Origin: Phoronis australis
Lineage: Eukaryota; Animalia; Phoronida
Direction of reading: 5' to 3'
Length of the DNA stretch: 57,090 nt
Assembly (NCBI GenBank): GCA_002633005.1
Contig: NMRA01000044.1
Coordinates: 1,010,362-1,067,451 of the forward strand
Part shown: in pieces, positions 13,504 through 26,507 of the stretch
How the letters are laid out: each line of letters starts with the position of its first letter
Numbering within the stretch: the stretch's first letter is position 1
Notes under the pieces: generated by a model
What the model was told of the DNA's origin: nothing
Seen by the model: only the letters and a program-made list of their open reading frames with translations
Databases searched by the model: none
Position numbers and translations under genes: made by a program

Positions 13504-15561
13504 CGAGGTTATAATAAATATATTGGTAGAGCTTGAGAAACGTTTTTGCCGCCAAATCGGACCTTCGTCTTAGTCATAACGCGAATTTTAAGGAACTGAA
13601 ACTGTTTCTAACTGGCCGCCGGTGCCTTCAAAGGTTGAATTTCTGCTCCAGTGTGACCATTCACCATCATCGCACACGCCGTATTCAAACCGTTCAATGG
13701 GCGAATTTAATTTTTACTAATGCTCCTTAATTACCACTTCTCAAAAAGGATAACAAACCCTGTTTTGATGATTGATGATTTCATCCAATCCTCGGCTCTG
13801 TCACCTCCAGTAATGCAAAGATCAGGTGTCAATCTCCCAGAAAACTCGTTCTCCCCATCTCACAGATTGGATATTGTGGTCCTCAGTCGGGCCAGGGTGT
13901 GATCTTTATCACACAGGCGGCCATGTAACTCGAAGAAAGCGTAGGCACGCTTGTCCGTTTAAGCAAACTTTGTAAGTAGTTTTTCATTTTCCTCCACACT
14001 TTTGAGGGATATAAAGCATTACTTTGCTTCGGAGAACATGAAAAAGTCGATGATGTTAGTATCTGTTAATAGGCCATAACCGTAACCCTTTAAACTTTTT
14101 AAGTAACACACTTTAACCAATCGTATTATTTTATCTTTCCTTACCACGTCAGTACTTAGGCGGCTACACTACTGAAAACTCAGAGTGAAGTTTGGCATAG
14201 TCGCCCACAAAGGGAAATGTTGCACGTATTGTCAAACCCGCCGCGGCTATGAAAATTTGACGATACATTTAAGCTCCTTTCATTGTAAACTGAGATCGTA
14301 CACCGGTAGTGCCAACGAGTGCCATAGAGAACTAATTCAAATAAAGTGTATAAATTTGACCATGTAGACGTTTTTCAACATACGGTACATTGAACGGAAG
14401 ATGCGATGGGGACGATTGCCAAGACACGGAGTGCCTATCCACACCAGTATAGCCTCGGGATTTGACGGGATAGCCAAAGTATTTCAATTTATTCCAAAAA
14501 ATGGTTAACCCGCCAAATTCGTTGCAAAAGCCGATACTACCATATGTCGTAATGTACATAAAAACGTCACACGGAAATGGACGAACTTCGTATCGAAAGA
14601 GCGTGGACAAAATAACGTTCGCATAGTCAAGGTTTTTGTTTTTTAGCCCAATGTAAAAAAGGTTTGAAACACCTTGCCAAGCAGTGACAACAAAATCTCG
14701 CCGGCATCATTTTTGCTTGTCCCAGGTGGATTTTCTTATTTGAAAAGTGAGCAACTTAACTAAAACATACCAGACTCAAATTCCAAAAAAGAGACCAAAT
14801 GTGGAAAGTGATTCAAGGCAAAGATATTTTTTACATTCAAATTATTTCTTGAGCTGTATTAAATTATTCTCCATGAGAATAGTTCAAGGAAACTTTTCAA
14901 TGGACACCACGAACGAACGGAGTGCATTCCATTACTTTATTTACTAAAATTAAACGAATTTTCAAATACAGCATAGTGACAACATATTTTCACACAACAA
15001 AACCAATCATTCTCTAACAATTTTGAAATTAAAATGAACCCATCAAAAATGTTGATTAAAAGCATCCACATAAAACGGGCATTAATAACCTAAAAAGCAC
15101 TTCAAAAATGACCATTATTAACAACATCAAATTTCAGTACTGAAAAGCATGCAGTCTTTGCAAGTTTTGAAATAATCTTTAAATTAATAATCACATGGCG
15201 CACACTACTTGCTGGTTGTAGCATAAGAAGTATGATATCATGCCTTCATAACATTCATATCCCTTCAGTGTTTTACTGAAATTTAAGGGAATATTAAATA
15301 AAATTGAAATAACCAGGATTGAACTGGTGCTGTGTCTGCTATGCGACAGGGTCGTAAGTGTCTAATCTGGCTATACAAGCAAACTGTACATCAATTATAA
15401 TGGGGATACTAGATAAAACTATTGAAGTCAAAGTGTACTCGAGTAGGATTGTTGCCAGCTTATAAGCAATCATACTCACTAAGTATACTGGAGAGTGCCA
15501 CCAATAAGGAGCATGAAACTGGGGGATGCTTTTTTAGAAAGTTCACGCTACAGAGTCCAAC

Positions 15562-15707
15562 CAGGGGTGGATCCAGGATTTTAAGTTAGGGGGGGGCCAG
15601 GGCAGAGTATTAGCCAAGATTTTGCCCATCATCCCCGAACTGCCAAACAGAATCTGGGAGAATTTTAGGGGGGCATGATCCCCTTCCCCCCCCCAAATCC
15701 GCCGCTG
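15562..15707. mobile_element. MITE family B copy
   Basis: CAGGGGTGGATCC...AAATCCGCCGCTG with shared internal sequence. Confidence 0.75.
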
Positions 15708-17344
15708 CGAAACACGTTTCAACAACAGTCACTCGTTTATGACGTAAATATTTCACATTTCCAGTGGCACAGCTCAAACATAAGTACATCAAACAATTCA
15801 TCCCCTATTACAATCCAATGCCTACCATATTTCTAAGATTATTTCTCAAACTTTCCACATAACATCAAAGTATCTACGTAGCCAATAACACCAGCACACC
15901 ACCATCACGATTGTTTCCCCTGTATTGAATTGAAATAGTAATTAATTAATTAATTAAATTACACGATTTAGACAAAAATGAACAGCGAATCTGATGCCAT
16001 GGAGAATCGATGATGGTGATAATTCTACTAATGAGGGCATGAAAACCAACTTGGAGAATTTCATGAACACGATGAAAAACAGCACGAAAGCTCTTCGTTG
16101 TTGAACCACTTCCTGCTGGCAATGTTGCAGACGTCAACAAAATGTAATGGTACAAAATGACAGATGCGCACTTCATATATGCTGTTTAATTTGGACATTT
16201 TTTTCACAGTACGTGACACGTGCGAGCAACAGTATCTACCCTGCATTGAAATTAATCCGCAATACAGAGCCGACGACATGGAAAATGATAACTTCATACA
16301 AAAATGCACTTTGAACCCGACTTTGATATTCTGCCTACTACGTGTAGGGTAGAAGAGTTTTAAAATTATATTTAATCAAATCAAATGGCTGTTATGCAAC
16401 CTCCCATATTACACTGGGACCTTCTATACAGTATATTAGCAGTACAAAAATAACACAAACTGTGTGTTGTTTTCCCTTCCAGTAAAGTCTACAGCAGGTC
16501 ATCTTTACACAGATTACTATGGCATGAGAAATCGTATCCTGATCCTGAGAGAATGGGACAAATCCAAAATGTTTCTGTCATCTAAAACATCAAAATTACC
16601 ATTGCTTCAGCAACTATACATGTAACATACGCTAAGCTTTACAAACTTCGGAATCTTTCAAGACCATTTAAGCATGTTTACTACACTAAAATCAAGCAGT
16701 TATTAATATGTGCACGATTTTATTTTATTATTTGATTCAAGCTTAATCATTCAATGGCATAATGTTCTCAGATTTTGTACCACCTGAATAAAAAACCTGG
16801 CTCTGCCATTGCCTCGGCTCGACAAGCAAATAGTTAATTTTTTCCATAGAATCACATTCAAAGCGTCGGAGCCTTATTGGATGATACAAGCAACACGAAC
16901 AAAAAACAAAACATTCAGCCAATACACTTGGTCAAAAAATTTAAGATAATCTCAGCATGTATAGAACTGCACCCATGTTTTGATTATGAGAATGTAACTG
17001 TCCATGAAAACTTGCGATTACATGCTCGAAAGTTTTGTAAGAAGACCTCACCAATAGAAGGAACTGATCTATTCATTATCAAACTTGACATCAACTCAGG
17101 CATTTTGGTGTCCGAAAGCGTTCGATTTCAAAGACATTTTATCAAGAACAATTGTTAATGAACACTCGATTGATTTAATCAGTTAAATGCTTCTAACAAG
17201 AATTCTCAGGAGCAGCTTCCATTATTAAAAAAATCTCTTGAATGGTCCCTATAACCTCAACACCAGCGATTGTAACATTTTAGATGACAGAATTCATCGA
17301 AGCTTGCTTACTTCACAAATACGTGACTTTTGATAGACTAAAAA

Positions 17345-20300
17345 TTAATCATCACTTGTAGTTGCCTTGGGTTTACGTCCTCTCTTAGCTCCACCTGTAG
17401 CCTGTAATCATAATCACAAAATGTGACAACATTGAACAGACAGCCTGTAGTAACTGACCTTTAATTATAAAAATCCTTGTGATTTCATAATGGAACTGCG
17501 ACAAACTGTGGTTTCAGTTAAAGCAGCTATTTTGCTTATTACAGTTTCATAAATAGCTATCAGACCTTTTCTGTTAAAAGGGGACAAATTTCAGCAAACA
17601 ACCAAATAATATAAAAAAAAACTCTTTCCTTTACTTCCACAAGGTATAGAACACATAAAGAGTTTCAACAATAGCGTGACCAATAAAATAGAAAAATTTT
17701 GTAAATTACTGCCCAGGACGTATTTGTGGTTTTACAAGCAATTCATAAAAAAGTTAAGTTCAACTACTTTGTAGGTGAACCACCAGAACTTCAAATATCA
17801 TTTTGAAGAACCCATTTTCAATTCTGGTTACTAAGAAAACGTTTGATTATGTGCTGAAAAAGCATCGTTTGGGAATTGAATTACATTGGTTTGTGATCAA
17901 ATACCTTTCATGAAGTTTTCAACAGAATAAAGCGGAAAGGGTATCTTTACTTCAGCTTACAAAAGATAACTCAGATCAAACAAGACCAAGAGATTTTAAC
18001 CGCGTGAGCTAAAATCTGATTACAGTAATAAACTATAGCAACCAATCCGCAGTACATGAGAGTTAAGTGAAGACCCGATTTTTTCGCATTGTGAGTAAAG
18101 TTCCGTTTGAAGGATTTTGCAACATGAAACTTGGCCTATGAGCTTGTATTGTACAATTCAAATGTGTAAAATAGCTGGTAAAGTGAATTGAAGATACTAA
18201 CCTTCTTAGCAGGTGGAGGGGGCGGAGGTCGTCGACCACCTGATCTTGTTTTTCGACCACTTGTGAGGTCAACCTCCCCATATAATTCAGCAGCTAAAAA
18301 TAAAATTGTGGTGCAATATCTCTAATGGCTCAATGAAAGTAACTCTTGTGTGACATTTGAACACTTTAATAATAGCTACTGTCTTTCACAGCCAATTTAT
18401 GGTTTTGTATTATTTATTTCTTCAACACTATCGGCAAATATTACTAGTACAGAAACCCTGAAATACTAAGAACTCCTACGCGAGTATAACACTGGTACTG
18501 CTGATACTATGAACAACAAAAATAGCAAAAGTAACAGTAAGAGAAATAATTACAACAATTAATGACATTAATAACGGGAATAGTAATAATAATCATAAAA
18601 TTACTACAGACATAGGATCGAATACTTGAACTACCTTCCTCCGCTACTTTTCTCATTGTGTCAACACGTCTAGTACTCGGCTTTTTAGCAGCCTGTTTCC
18701 GTGGTTTCTTAGCAGGAGGAGCTTCATCAGGTTCATCAGCCTCCTCAGTCAGCTCTTCTATTTTCTTTTGCTGCCCCCTAGTGAGTGCATCCTCATCTGG
18801 CTTGCCTTGCTCTTCTAGCAACTTTTCTCCCTCCTGCGATGGGAAAACGATGTTTACATAGAAAGCGCGAGAAAGCTCAGAAGAAGGATGCTGCATTGGA
18901 ATGGGTTTGACGGGGAAATTAGTGATGGTCACATTAACCACTAGAAATTCGTTAAAGGCACGCAAATAAGCTTTGAAGCTCGATGCTGCATTGTGATCAG
19001 TTACAACGTAGGAAAAGACTCGAGATCTGTTGAATGTGATAATTTTGACACTTAATTAAGTGCAGAATATACCAAAAACCAGAAAACGTTCTGCAGGTCT
19101 AAGCGAAATCCTAGCGAAAAAGCAACATCTTACAAAACCTGACAGAAAGGAGAGTGTTTTGCGGGTATGCCCATGACTTTAATAGTGTAATCCAGCAAAA
19201 TGGCGGCCAGTGAAAGTGATAGGTCGGTCAGGTTGGAATGTTAAATTATGGGACAGGCAGTTTTAAACACGAAAAACAACGAAGAGCATAATATTGCATA
19301 CAAGTACAAATGGGTACGAGATATCAGTATATACATACAAGCCGAATTTGATCAAAATTACAAGATTTCTAAATTCAGAACAACATCAGATGCTAGGGTC
19401 ATACCATCATAATGCCCAGTTTACCTATCACAAGCTCCGCTTCCTTGCGAAAAGTCAACAAATGAACAATATGTTTAACCCGATGGGTAAAATGATGGCT
19501 TAGAAACAAAGGTGTGTCAAGAATGCTGCCTTGTGATTGGTCAGTTAAGCCATCACTCAAAATTGTGGCGATAAATTAATTAAGGACGGGAGTATAAAAA
19601 CAGTTAGTAAGTGATCTTAAAAAACTTAAACATTGATCTTGATGCCATGTTAATAAAAGATGACTTCGCCAATATCACATGACCAACTGGTGTATTACCC
19701 ACAATGCTAGCATAAGGGAGTTGTTTTGGCCAAAGGTCAGATTGCACCTCACACAATCTGACATCACAACAAGGTCAGAATCAATTCAATCAAAGGGGGC
19801 ATGTTGTTTGGCGTACAAATGTAAACAAAAGCATCGAAATTTCTCCACCGGTCAATTGGCCATTTCACGACAGGCTCGCAAATTTTTGTTCAGAAATCTT
19901 ACAAAGGAATTGTCCTAGGGATTCTGTCACGAAATGTTGGCAATTACCAACTTTCCTAAAAATATGCTTTTTTAAGACTCAGAAATTAAAGTCATCACAT
20001 GGCCACAGCTGGGACTACAGCAAAGTGGAGATATAAAAAATAGTGCACCTTTGCTGTGTTCACCATCGTGTTGTCTCTCGCCACTTTGGGGACGGTATCC
20101 TCCTCACTCTCTTGAGGTGCGTCATTTTTTGAAAAATTGTTTGCAGCCAAAAATGCCACTCCTTCCTAAAACAAAAACACAAAATTCTGCGATCAATCAG
20201 CGTTCTCCACAACTTATTCTAAAGTGCCAAAGTGACTTGTTTACCAGCATTTGCGACACATTTGAATGGCCCTCGACCTAAATAGCGGCGTTCCAGTTTG

Positions 20301-23300
20301 ATACCGTCTCTAAAAACAAGGCACTAGTAAAGTTGGAATAAAATAGTTAGGGAAAGCTTACAATTCAAACTGAAAACAATTTGAGCACTGGAAACAATTC
20401 AAATAAAAAGTTGCTCTTTGGCCTTAATACAATAGTCTGGTCTCACAATATTCCTTACTGTGATAGGATTCCACTTTCACTACCACAAGCATGCACCATT
20501 TTCCAACTCGCAATTTTAGGAATATTACAAGACCAACTTTATGAACGTAAAAGGTCCAATACATTTTTTGTTTTTACCCAGCTAACGAGGAAAAATGCAG
20601 CTAAAAATTAAGCCACTTCTTTCTTCCAAGTTCAATCGATTCTTAAAAATTCCCCATCAGCAGTCTCCGACATGAAAAACAATGGAGAGTTCATCTGCGC
20701 ATGAAGCAACACAACAAGTCTTTCCACACTTCCTCTTGAGCACTTTCCATGAATAATCGGTGTGGGAATAAAACTCTAATTCAAAATAGAAAGGTCTCAG
20801 ATATGTTTTCTGTGCGACAATATCTCTTTAAACGTAGACAATATACATATTCGATTTATTCCAAGTCGACTAACCTTGGCCGTGTTAACCATCGTGTTGT
20901 CTCTAGGAACTTTAGGTGTGGCATCCTCTTTCGTCTCTTTGACACCATCGTCGACTGGGAAGTTATTGGCTGCAAGAAATGCCACCCCTTCCTGCAAAAA
21001 ACCAAAACCATTGTGTTAAAGAAATTAACTGTCAAAGACTTGCAAACCTCTGGAAATTTCACCCCTCGCATGAAGTTCCTTAAAAACAGTTGTCACAAAA
21101 CATACTTTGCGACCCATAGAATTAAAAAGCAAAAAGATAATTTCTATCGAAATACAACACAGCAAAACAAAATTAACAGAATATATCATAACTCAGGCAG
21201 TTATAAATAAGACAAAACTTAAACATATATACCACAGGCACATCCGTAAGTCATTCATTTATGCCAGAATTTTGCTAATGAGGGCAAAAGTTGTTGATAT
21301 CCAAGGCTCGACGCTTTGCATAACGTCAACTCACCAAATGCGTCATACGGGGCCCAATATCCCGTGAAGACTCGCCTCCTCAGGCACAACCAGGCGATCA
21401 ACACACGTCTATTACCTGCGCACGACTCAAAAACAGACCCTTCCAGTTTTGCCACAAGATTCCGACCTCCACTTGCTTTACTTCCTATAGCATTTTTAGT
21501 GTGTGCTCAGATGTGTGGAATTTTAACCAGGTTGCCAAACAAAATCTGAGGTCGCCAAATCGAGCCCTGATATCAATGACTCTTGTAAATTACATGCCTA
21601 AAGTTTCACTGACATCTCTCTATTCCCCATCTATGAAGCTGGTAAAATGAGTAATGATTTTAATGAATTGGTAACCAGGCGCAAGTCCAAAAGTCCAAAC
21701 CCTTTGCTCGGTAACTTATGCAACGGAGCAATATAAACTGCCCCAACATTTGTCCATTGTCAAACACCCCTTGGGTCTTAATCCTGGATCTGCCCCCAGT
21801 TACACACTAAATTATATTAAGAATGAAGCGAACACAACATCTAAATCACTCATCTAACTAAATGCAAAGTAACAGACACAGCAAAAACAACAAAACTACA
21901 GAGTTAGCAAACAACAGATACAGAAAGTCTGGCATTGCGTTCACACAGTTTTACCAGACGGGAGATCAGACACGTAAATCAGAGACAACTTATCACCTGT
22001 CTCGTTGACTCCCATAAAAGCCATGTGCAAAATGTCAATCCCTATGCCCCACCACACCCTAAGCAAAAATAACATCACCGAAATTTAGTCTGCTCATTCC
22101 ACAAAGGCAGATCTATAGGGCTGATCGTTGGATAGATGAGATGGCCAGACACCATGTGAACAGCGCATAAAAGAGGTGAAGGAGATATGAAATAAATTCT
22201 ATAAGTTGCTATGAATCATTCTTCGGTCAAATAACTAACTTTTTATTTAGACTGCATAGGGTTTTAAAACCGATCGTTCCCTACACAGATGAGAAATGAT
22301 TTACGAGTTTTAGCAGATCTAACAGTTTCTTACAGCAGGAGACCCTGATCAACACAAACAAAGGCGTTGCCGATCAAACCAATACATTGAGCAACATCTC
22401 TAACAATAGGAAACTGTTAATTCTTCACATTCTCAAACACCAAAAATCACTTTTAATCCGAGTAAGGAACAAGTTCAAACCAATTTTAAAATGGTACGTG
22501 GCCTAAACCAAAAGTTAGTTTTACAAATGACCAGTTTTTGCACCTTCAGTAAAGCAGAACTCGTGTTCTTCTGCGCAACAAAAAAGTCTAAATACGCAGC
22601 CGTTTTGAAAGGAGTCAACATTAAATTAGACGAAGTTGAGAGTCATCAAAGCAAAAGGGTACTTTTTTCACTAAGCCACACACTTCACCAATTCCTGATG
22701 AAGAGTTAACAAACATAGTAATCCCATCCACAACTTAACTTGGCATTTGCAGCCGCCAACAAGTTGAATTGAAAACTCCTAACACCGAATCACTTTAAAA
22801 CTCTTTGATGGGCCGTCTTTTTACAAAATAGGCTAAATTTTACCTACAGAAAAAAGTTTTAAATTAAACGTCAGAGTCAGGTGGAACAGGAGTCATGCCC
22901 AGGATAACAACAGTATCGCCGCAATGCTGTGGTTGTCAATCATCACTGTTGGTGTCACACAAGAATAGAACTTATCCAATGGATAGACTGAAACATTATT
23001 TAAAACCAAGATGCTACAAACCTGCCTTCCACCACAAAACCCAAGTTCTGATTCAGTTGTAAAACTGGTCTCAAATTATTCCTTGCTCAGATGAAAGGTG
23101 ATTCCTGTGCTTGGAAAGGACTGACAGTTCATCATTGCTTGAGAACGGGTAAGCTGACTCGTCACCGCAGGTTGTTACATGCGCCAAGAATGGAGTAAAG
23201 CAACAACGAATATTGTAATATTTTCCAAGCCCAGAGATCATTACTCACCTGCGTAAGGAACAAACTCAGGCCAGTTTTGAATCAATAAGCGGACTAAATT

Positions 23301-25718
23301 GCAAAAACAGTTACTTTGACAGAAGGTGGGTTTATCTCAACTCAAACAAGTGGTAAACGAATTGGGAACAATTTCTTAATCAGCACAATCACCCCATGCA
23401 ATTGGCGTTAAGTGTATATTAACCAGGACTGGGTTAAGCAAACCAACAAACAGGTAAATGGACTACAAGCGGTCTAATATAATCTACGAAAGGCACCTCA
23501 GGACTCTTCGTCTCAGTAATGGGCGTGTCAGAAACACTGTCGGACACTTCCTGAGTGGACTCTGTCTCTTCTACAGGCGCAACCGTGGAGAATTCGGCTA
23601 TACGTGCAACATCTTCGTCTGGGGTCTCTGAAGTAGGTTCTACCAAAGGAAGGCTCTGCCTACTGTTAGTGTGCAAAGGCAGCTCTTCAGCTGTATCCTG
23701 CACACCCTCCATGTTCACAGGTGTCACGTCAGACTGTCCACCCTCATCACCCACAGTCATGAGTTCAGACTGTGAGCCCTCATCACGCGCAGGTGTCACA
23801 TCAGGCTGCATGTCTTCATCCTCTACACTCACCAATTCAGACTGCGAGCTCTCGTCGGCAGCAGGCATCTTGCCCTCATCACCCGCAGCCATCAGTTCGG
23901 GCTGTTCTGAATCATGACCCGAAATATCACGAGACGCAGAGTTTTGAATGCCTGATTCTGGTGAATGTGTCTCAGTGGCTGTCAGCACAACAGATCTGTG
24001 CGCATCACTTGTACCGTTTACAGCAGGTTCTGCCTTTTGCATGCTGGGAAACTGGGGAGATCGGGTGTCAGTGTTTTGAGATGGGGGAGTTGCAGTGTCA
24101 GTGCCCTGGTTTTGGAAAACAAAATTGGGAACTGTCCTGGGAAAAATCTGCTGGCCACCATCCTGAGATGGGAGAGCTGGAGTGTCAGAGTCCTGGTTTT
24201 GGAAAACAAAATTGGGAACTGTCCTGGGAAAAATCTGCTGGCCACCGTCCTGGAATGAATGCAGACGACATTAAATGTTAATAATCTACCTAGCATGAAT
24301 GATTGTGTGGTTCAACAATCAAAACAAACATGCACTTATGAGGCTGTACACATTTTTGAGAAACTCTGCTGAAGATACGATGATAAAAACAAAACATACA
24401 TGCAACACACATCAACTTTGCTAAACTCAAATTTTAGTTCAAAATCAAAAGGTGAAAAAATAGACATGCTTGAAAAATGGCAGACATCTCAAAAACAAGT
24501 GTCCACTGTGATTAAAAAGTAAGACATCAACTAAGTCAACACCAAATTTTGAAGCTCAACAGTTGTTCCGTAGACTTCATCCTTGTTGCATCAACACACA
24601 TGCTATGGTAATATTATTTTCTAACAAAAACTCAAAACCCCAACAGTTACAAAACTGGACACTGCATTGTTCTCTCTACATGTATTCAAATACAGTGCTA
24701 CACCATGTACGAAACTTTTTGCACAATGTTTGGAAATTTTTACCAATGTTAAAGTCCTTATCTCAAAGGGCAATATTTGAACCATGTTCATATGACATAT
24801 CATTCACTGGTGCGAGCAGTGTAAAAATGAACATTTACCGATTTGAGCAATTGAGCAAAGGACTGTTCGAAAAAATGTTGACTGCGGGAGTATATGTTCG
24901 AGCTGGAAAGAGTTAAAGACATCAACGGCCTCCTAAGGTGTTCCTATAAGCCCAAAAGTTACATATAGCAACATGAGGTATGAGTTGCCTAATCCGAGAT
25001 ACATTTTTCAATGAAGGAATAATACTAGGCCCATGCAAGCATACTATTACTTCCTCAGAATCTATTGCATACATGCAAAGATGGAGCCTTTCAGTTTCTC
25101 AGAGCAATACCTCGATTGATCTGTATTGGAAAGTGTAGAGCTCTGCCGACTTGGAAATGTTTACAGATTATATTTAAAAGCCTACAGAAAATTTAGCCAA
25201 ATTACACTGAAATTAACAAATAGACATTTCATTAGATTTATGCAAAATGGAAGATTAAGGGTTGCTGGATTCGTCTAGATAAACGGCGGTTTCTAAATAA
25301 CGCATATGTTCAACGACTAGCACGATAAAATACAAGTGACCCAATTTCGTAACCCTGAAAATTCGCCATATTGATTTGAACAACGACGAAAAAACACGAT
25401 TAGAAGCGCGCAAAATTTCCATTCAAATGGTTATTTGTAAGTACACATGGTAAACTACAGTATTATCCAACCATTGGTGCTTGTGTTTAAAGTAGCCACT
25501 AAGGGGGGAAAGGCGCGGTTCGTTATAATTTCATTGTTTAAATTTGCCCAAGTCCTTGGTTGACATTCAAAATACAACATAAAATGGAGACTGATGAACA
25601 CAAAGAGACGTTTTTTAGACAAAAGAATTCAAGTGTAACGCGGCAACCGATTTTGCTCTACCTTGGTAGTCACGTCCATGGTACCGTCCCTAGTAAGTTG
25701 CGTTTTCTCTTCGGACAT
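17345..25718 (-). CDS. Uncharacterised low-complexity protein with RxxTM repeats and a basic C-terminus (212 aa without, 463 aa with the acidic exon)
   Basis: Exons 25718-25662 (MSEEKTQLTRDGTMDVTTK), 24249-23497 (acidic, probably optional), 20991-20875, 20165-20049, 18833-18635, 18293-18202, 17401-17345 (ATGGAKRGRKPKATTSDD*). All GT-AG and phase-compatible. A promoter motif cluster lies about 100-170 bp upstream of the ATG. Confidence 0.75.
24076..24249 (-). repeat. 87-bp coding tandem duplication (DGGQQIFPRTVPNFVFQNQxxDT... x2)
   Basis: Two near-identical 29-codon units at the start of the 753-nt exon. Confidence 0.85.
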
Positions 25719-25812
25719 TTTGCTCCGTTATTTTGGAAATATCAGAGTTCAAACAAGGCTGCTTTCGTGCAAGATTTTCACGAGGTGCCGGCCCAAAAAT
25801 GAAGCGCAAGAT

Positions 25813-25884
25813 GTCACGTGATGAGAATCCTAATCAATTATTGGTTTATTAGGCTCCCGCGAGATTACGTTCGTTTTACTTCCG
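25813..25884. promoter_or_regulatory. Housekeeping-type promoter motif cluster of the RxxTM-repeat gene
   Basis: E-box GTCACGTGA (25813-25821), ATTGG (reverse CCAAT), TCCCGCGAGA (25855-25864; one mismatch to the TCTCGCGAGA motif) and ETS ACTTCCG (25878-25884), all just upstream of the ATG at 25718. Confidence 0.55.
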
Positions 25885-26235
25885 TGTCGGCGCACAAATT
25901 CAAAACAAACATTTTGCTGTTTTGGTTGTTCGGAACCAGTTTAAACTCTTCACTGAGGTTAATTCAACTCTTGGGTGATTAAAAATTCCAAAAGATATTA
26001 GCCCAAAATATGTTTGTTTAATAGCGGTCTAAAAATGTTAATGCATTGACAATATGGCTTTGTTTGAAATACGGTCTGCGATTTTTCGGCCGCAAATGAA
26101 ATATTTTCTGTCGACACAACCCGATTAAGTGACAGTTTTCATCGATAATAAAATCTTTTTTTTTTCCTTTTTATTCATTAAATTTTGCTAATATTTTGTC
26201 ATTATATCTATGGGCACATAAAAGTCCCTAGTTTG

Positions 26236-26507
26236 CATGCGCACACCCAGCCTAATTATATAGGGGGGCTCGAATTTTTTGGTACCCGTGGACTTTTTAC
26301 TGAAACAAATCAACGGTGACTAAAAAAAACGGGGCCACTAGGTTCAGGCCTAAGAATTGTGCATCCGCGCCGATATTCCTGTGGACTTTGTGGACTTTTG
26401 TCACAATTACTCGGACTTTTTGTTTCCGATGAGGCGGGTCTTTTTGCCCAATTCGTCAAATTCGGGGGCCTGTTCTTGCCCCCGAGCCCCCCTTGGGTGC
26501 GCCCATG
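26236..26507. mobile_element. MITE family C (TIR CATGCGCRCACCC), TSD GTTTG
   Basis: Terminal inverted repeats; GTTTG at 26231-26235 and 26508-26512. Confidence 0.8.

Noticed and set aside
23555-24281. Plus-strand ORFs of 120, 169 and 97 aa
   Set aside because: Antisense to the acidic exon, whose minus-strand frame has proper splice sites.
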